DNA from: Candidatus Eiseniibacteriota bacterium
GTDB taxonomy: Bacteria > Eisenbacteria > RBG-16-71-46
Length of the DNA stretch: 20,197 nucleotides
Reading direction: 5' to 3'
Assembly: GCA_041483195.1 (NCBI GenBank)
Contig: JBGPFC010000053.1
Span: forward strand, 1 to 20,197
The position numbers and the translations under genes are program-made. The notes beneath the pieces were generated by a model. It ran no database searches. It saw only the letters and a list, made by a program, of their open reading frames with translations, and was not told where the DNA came from. Each line of letters starts with the position of its first letter. The stretch's first letter is position 1. Of the stretch, positions 17,567 to 20,197 are shown one piece after another.

Positions 17567-17652
17567 ACCACACCGATCGCGGCGGGACGGAATGCCGCGG
17601 GTCCGACCTCCGATTCCGCGGGTCCTCTTGGAGCGCGGCATGGGCCGCACGA

Positions 17653-17729
17653 TGGCGCGCCTGGAGGGAATCGAACCCCCGACCGACGGATTAGAAATCC
17701 GTTGCTCTATCCTTCTGAGCTACAGGCGC
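17653..17729 (-). tRNA. tRNA-Arg(TCT)
   Basis: Reverse complement GCGCCTGTAGCTCAG...ACGGA-TTTCTAA-TCCGT...GTTCGATTCC...CAGGCGCGCCA. Confidence 0.97.
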
Positions 17730-17777
17730 GGGGTTTACGTCACATCCGACCGCGATCCGGAGACCGCAGCCGACGAG

Positions 17778-17855
<78 letters not shown>

Positions 17856-17883
17856 ATACATCCACAGGCGAATCGCGCCGACC

Positions 17884-17913
17884 ACAATAGCCGCGGCCGC
17901 CCGCGATCGTCAA
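17884..17913 (-). promoter_or_regulatory. Sigma-70 promoter for the tRNA-Pro-Arg-His cluster
   Basis: On the minus strand: TTGACG (17913-17908), 18 nt spacer, TATTGT (17889-17884); 28 nt upstream of tRNA-Pro. Confidence 0.7.
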
Positions 17914-17920
17914 TCGGACC

Positions 17921-17944
17921 GGCTCCCGGGAATTCCCGGGAGCC
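17921..17944. repeat. Perfect 24-bp palindrome
   Basis: GGCTCCCGGGAATTCCCGGGAGCC equals its own reverse complement. Confidence 0.9.
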
Positions 17945-17969
17945 CCGCCGCTCGGGGTGGGGCCGCGGC

Positions 17970-19646
17970 CTACCGGGCCGGTGCGGGCGCCGGCGCGCCG
18001 GGCGGCCGGAGCTGGAATACGAAGTAATTTTCGATTCCGTCGGAGTGCATGAAGGCGCCGACCGGGGTCGCCTCGGTAATCAGGCGCTGCCGCTCCTCGG
18101 GCGTCCAGGTGAAACGCGAAGTGTAGCGATAGGCGAGGCTGCCGGCGCTGTCGGAGAGCAGTTCGCGATGGCCGAGCGCGAGCAGCACGGTCGCGCGCTC
18201 GTGTCGGCCCACGGACTCTGCGGTGTCCATGAGCCGGCCGAGCGAGAGCGTGTCGTGCAGGCTCCTCGAGAAGTGGGTCCAGCGCCGGAAGCCGCCTTCC
18301 TCGACGGAGTAGAGCCGGTTGTTCATGTAATAGGGGAATGATTCCAGCAGGAAGTCGGGCTCCACGACCACGATCGCATCGTGGTAGTCAGGATTCGCAT
18401 GGACGAACTCGGCGAACGCCTTGCTCGACGACAACGCGTGCGTCTCGTCCCGCCGAAGCGAGCGAAAGCCCTGCCACGCGTGAATCGCCATCACCGCGAG
18501 CAGCGCCGCGCCCAGCGCGGCGCGCTCCCACCCGCGGGCGGCCGCAGCGTCCTCGCGCCGGCGGGCGATCCACTCGAGGCCGAGGATCATGACGAACAAC
18601 AGCCCGACGTGCCGCAGGTAGCCGGCGTAGACGACGCGGAAGAAGCAGCCGAACACGAGCACGGACAGGATGAGCGCCGCGAGCAGGTCGAGATGCCGGC
18701 GCAGCCGGATCCCGGCCAGCACGAGGAGCAACGTGGCGGCCACCTCGATGCCCACGTGTCCGCCCGGGCTCTCGAGTCCGACCAGCACCAGCGGCAGACC
18801 ACCGGTGACGATTTCCTGCAGGCGCTCGCCCGGCCGGAAGAGCGTCGAGAGCGCCGCGCTCGCGAGCGCTCCGGGCCCAGCGTGGCGCATGCCGGTCACG
18901 GACGACCCCGGGGCCGGGAACGCGAGCACGGCACACAGCGCGAGGCCCAACAGCGCGAGGCCGATTCCCAGTGCGTGACCCGCGCGCCGTTCCGGCGGGC
19001 ACGGCGAGGGACGGATCACCCATCCCTCGAAGGCCCACACCGCGGCGAAGGCGCCGGCCAGGATCGCTGCATGAGCGCTAGTGCTGGCGAGCGCGAAGAG
19101 CAGCGCACCGTGCAGCACCGGGCGCTGGAACCGGCGCTCGTACGTCATGCAGACCACGAACACCATGAGCATGCCGAGCCCGTAGTTTCGGCACATGACG
19201 CTGTACTCGAACGCGGGCAGCACGCCGAAGAGGAACAACGCGCGATGCAGAGGCGGGAAGGGCGCGCGGCGCACGAACACCAGGGCCGCCGCCGCCGCCA
19301 CCGCGATGCTGCTGATGGGAAGCGCCAGCGGCGAACGGACCGCCATGTGCACGAGCCGGAGCAGGACGTACCAGAGAAACGGATGCCCCTCGCCACGGAG
19401 TCCCGGAAGCATCGCGAACAGGTTCGGGCCATCGAGCGCGAGCGAAAACGCGCGCACCTCGTCCCGCCACATCTCGTGGTGCGCGGAGACGGAAACGATG
19501 GTCCAGAGATAGAGCGTGAGAACCGGCAGCTGCCACCACGCGGCCGCGACCGGACGTCCGGGCGCAACCCGGGGGCGGGCGCGCGCCCGATCCTGCAGCG
19601 CCTTTCGGTCTCGCGTGCGTGCGCGGTCCGCGGTCTGGCGGCTCAT
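17970..19646 (-). CDS. Polytopic membrane protein, probable GT-C-fold glycosyltransferase
   Basis: First TM followed by HEMWRDE...LRGEGHPFLWY, then FEYSVMCRNYGL, with about 10 TM segments and a soluble C-terminal domain. GAGGAGG upstream of ATG 19646. Confidence 0.75.
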   Translation of the reverse strand: MSRQTADRARTRDRKALQDRARARPRVAPGRPVAAAWWQLPVLTLYLWTIVSVSAHHEMWRDEVRAFSLALDGPNLFAMLPGLRGEGHPFLWYVLLRLVHMAVRSPLALPISSIAVAAAAALVFVRRAPFPPLHRALFLFGVLPAFEYSVMCRNYGLGMLMVFVVCMTYERRFQRPVLHGALLFALASTSAHAAILAGAFAAVWAFEGWVIRPSPCPPERRAGHALGIGLALLGLALCAVLAFPAPGSSVTGMRHAGPGALASAALSTLFRPGERLQEIVTGGLPLVLVGLESPGGHVGIEVAATLLLVLAGIRLRRHLDLLAALILSVLVFGCFFRVVYAGYLRHVGLLFVMILGLEWIARRREDAAAARGWERAALGAALLAVMAIHAWQGFRSLRRDETHALSSSKAFAEFVHANPDYHDAIVVVEPDFLLESFPYYMNNRLYSVEEGGFRRWTHFSRSLHDTLSLGRLMDTAESVGRHERATVLLALGHRELLSDSAGSLAYRYTSRFTWTPEERQRLITEATPVGAFMHSDGIENYFVFQLRPPGAPAPAPAR

Positions 19647-19813
19647 GCGGAAGACGGGCCTCCTCGGGCGGGCACGCGAACCGGAAGATCGACAATTTCC
19701 TGAGAGTCCCGCGAGCTTAGCCCGCTTCGCGGCCACCGCTCAAGGGGGGGCTCCGCGCCATCGCTCGAGGCACGCATGACTTTCGGCATCCGCCCGTGGG
19801 AGAATGCCATGCT

Positions 19814-20197
19814 GTGAAGCGCGAGCGCGGTTCATCACGCAACGAGCGCGAGAAGGCGGGCCACCGAGGCGGGACGCGCTCCGCGCCCGGGAACCGGCCC
19901 CCGCCCGCCGTGCGCCATCCCCTCGCACCCGCGCCCCCGCTCTGGCGCGATCCGTGGGCGTGGGCGAGCGTCCTCGCCGTGATTCCCGTGGTCCTGCACG
20001 CGCTGGGCGCGCCGCTCGGCGAGCCGGCGGCGGAGGACTTCGACTTCCTCCATCGCGCGCTGCTCGAGCACCGGCACACGCTGCTCGATGGCGGCGGATC
20101 GCTCGCGTTCTGGCGCCCGCTCTCGCACCAGGTCTACTACCTCCTGTTCGGCCCGCTGATGCTCGCGCATCCGCGCGCGATCGCCGCGATCCACGTG
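19814..20197 (+). CDS. Partial CDS (runs off the window): membrane protein, probable GT-C-like glycosyltransferase
   Basis: Hand translation of the frame open after TAG 19718-19720: ...LWRDPWAWASVLAVIPVVLHALGAPLGEPAAEDFDFLHRALL...FWRPLSHQVYYLLFGPLMLAHPRAIAAIHV. A TM, an acidic ED motif and then [FY]xRP resemble TMTC/PMT-like N-termini. Start uncertain (GTG 19796, 19814 or 19910). Confidence 0.65.
   Translation, partial: MKRERGSSRNEREKAGHRGGTRSAPGNRPPPAVRHPLAPAPPLWRDPWAWASVLAVIPVVLHALGAPLGEPAAEDFDFLHRALLEHRHTLLDGGGSLAFWRPLSHQVYYLLFGPLMLAHPRAIAAIHV

Overview
Very GC-rich bacterial chromosomal window. The short C-terminal W-G-x-x-K-x-x-Y-R tails, the FlgD/T9SS-like C-terminal domain and the several GT-C genes suggest an FCB-group candidate phylum such as Ca. 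Eisenbacteria; this is inference only. Left to right on +: the 3' end of a TPR-tail protein, then a translationally coupled lamin-tail-domain (LTD) protein / small beta-barrel / large beta-barrel trio behind a sigma-54-like promoter. Next come a class I/II aminotransferase with a terminator, a second LTD protein behind a second sigma-54-like promoter, a split transketolase and an ArnT-like glycosyltransferase. A secreted hypothetical protein lies on -, followed on + by tRNA-Leu-smpB-amidase-GerMN-murI-rph-rdgB. On - are an actinobacterial-looking pyruvate kinase, tRNA-Pro/Arg/His and a GT-C-like membrane protein, and a divergent partial GT-C-like gene ends the window. No mobile element, CRISPR array or rRNA is visible. 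The best candidates for undescribed biology are (i) a 16-residue C-terminal tag shared by two unrelated secreted proteins and (ii) a sigma-54-linked LTD/outer-membrane barrel module.
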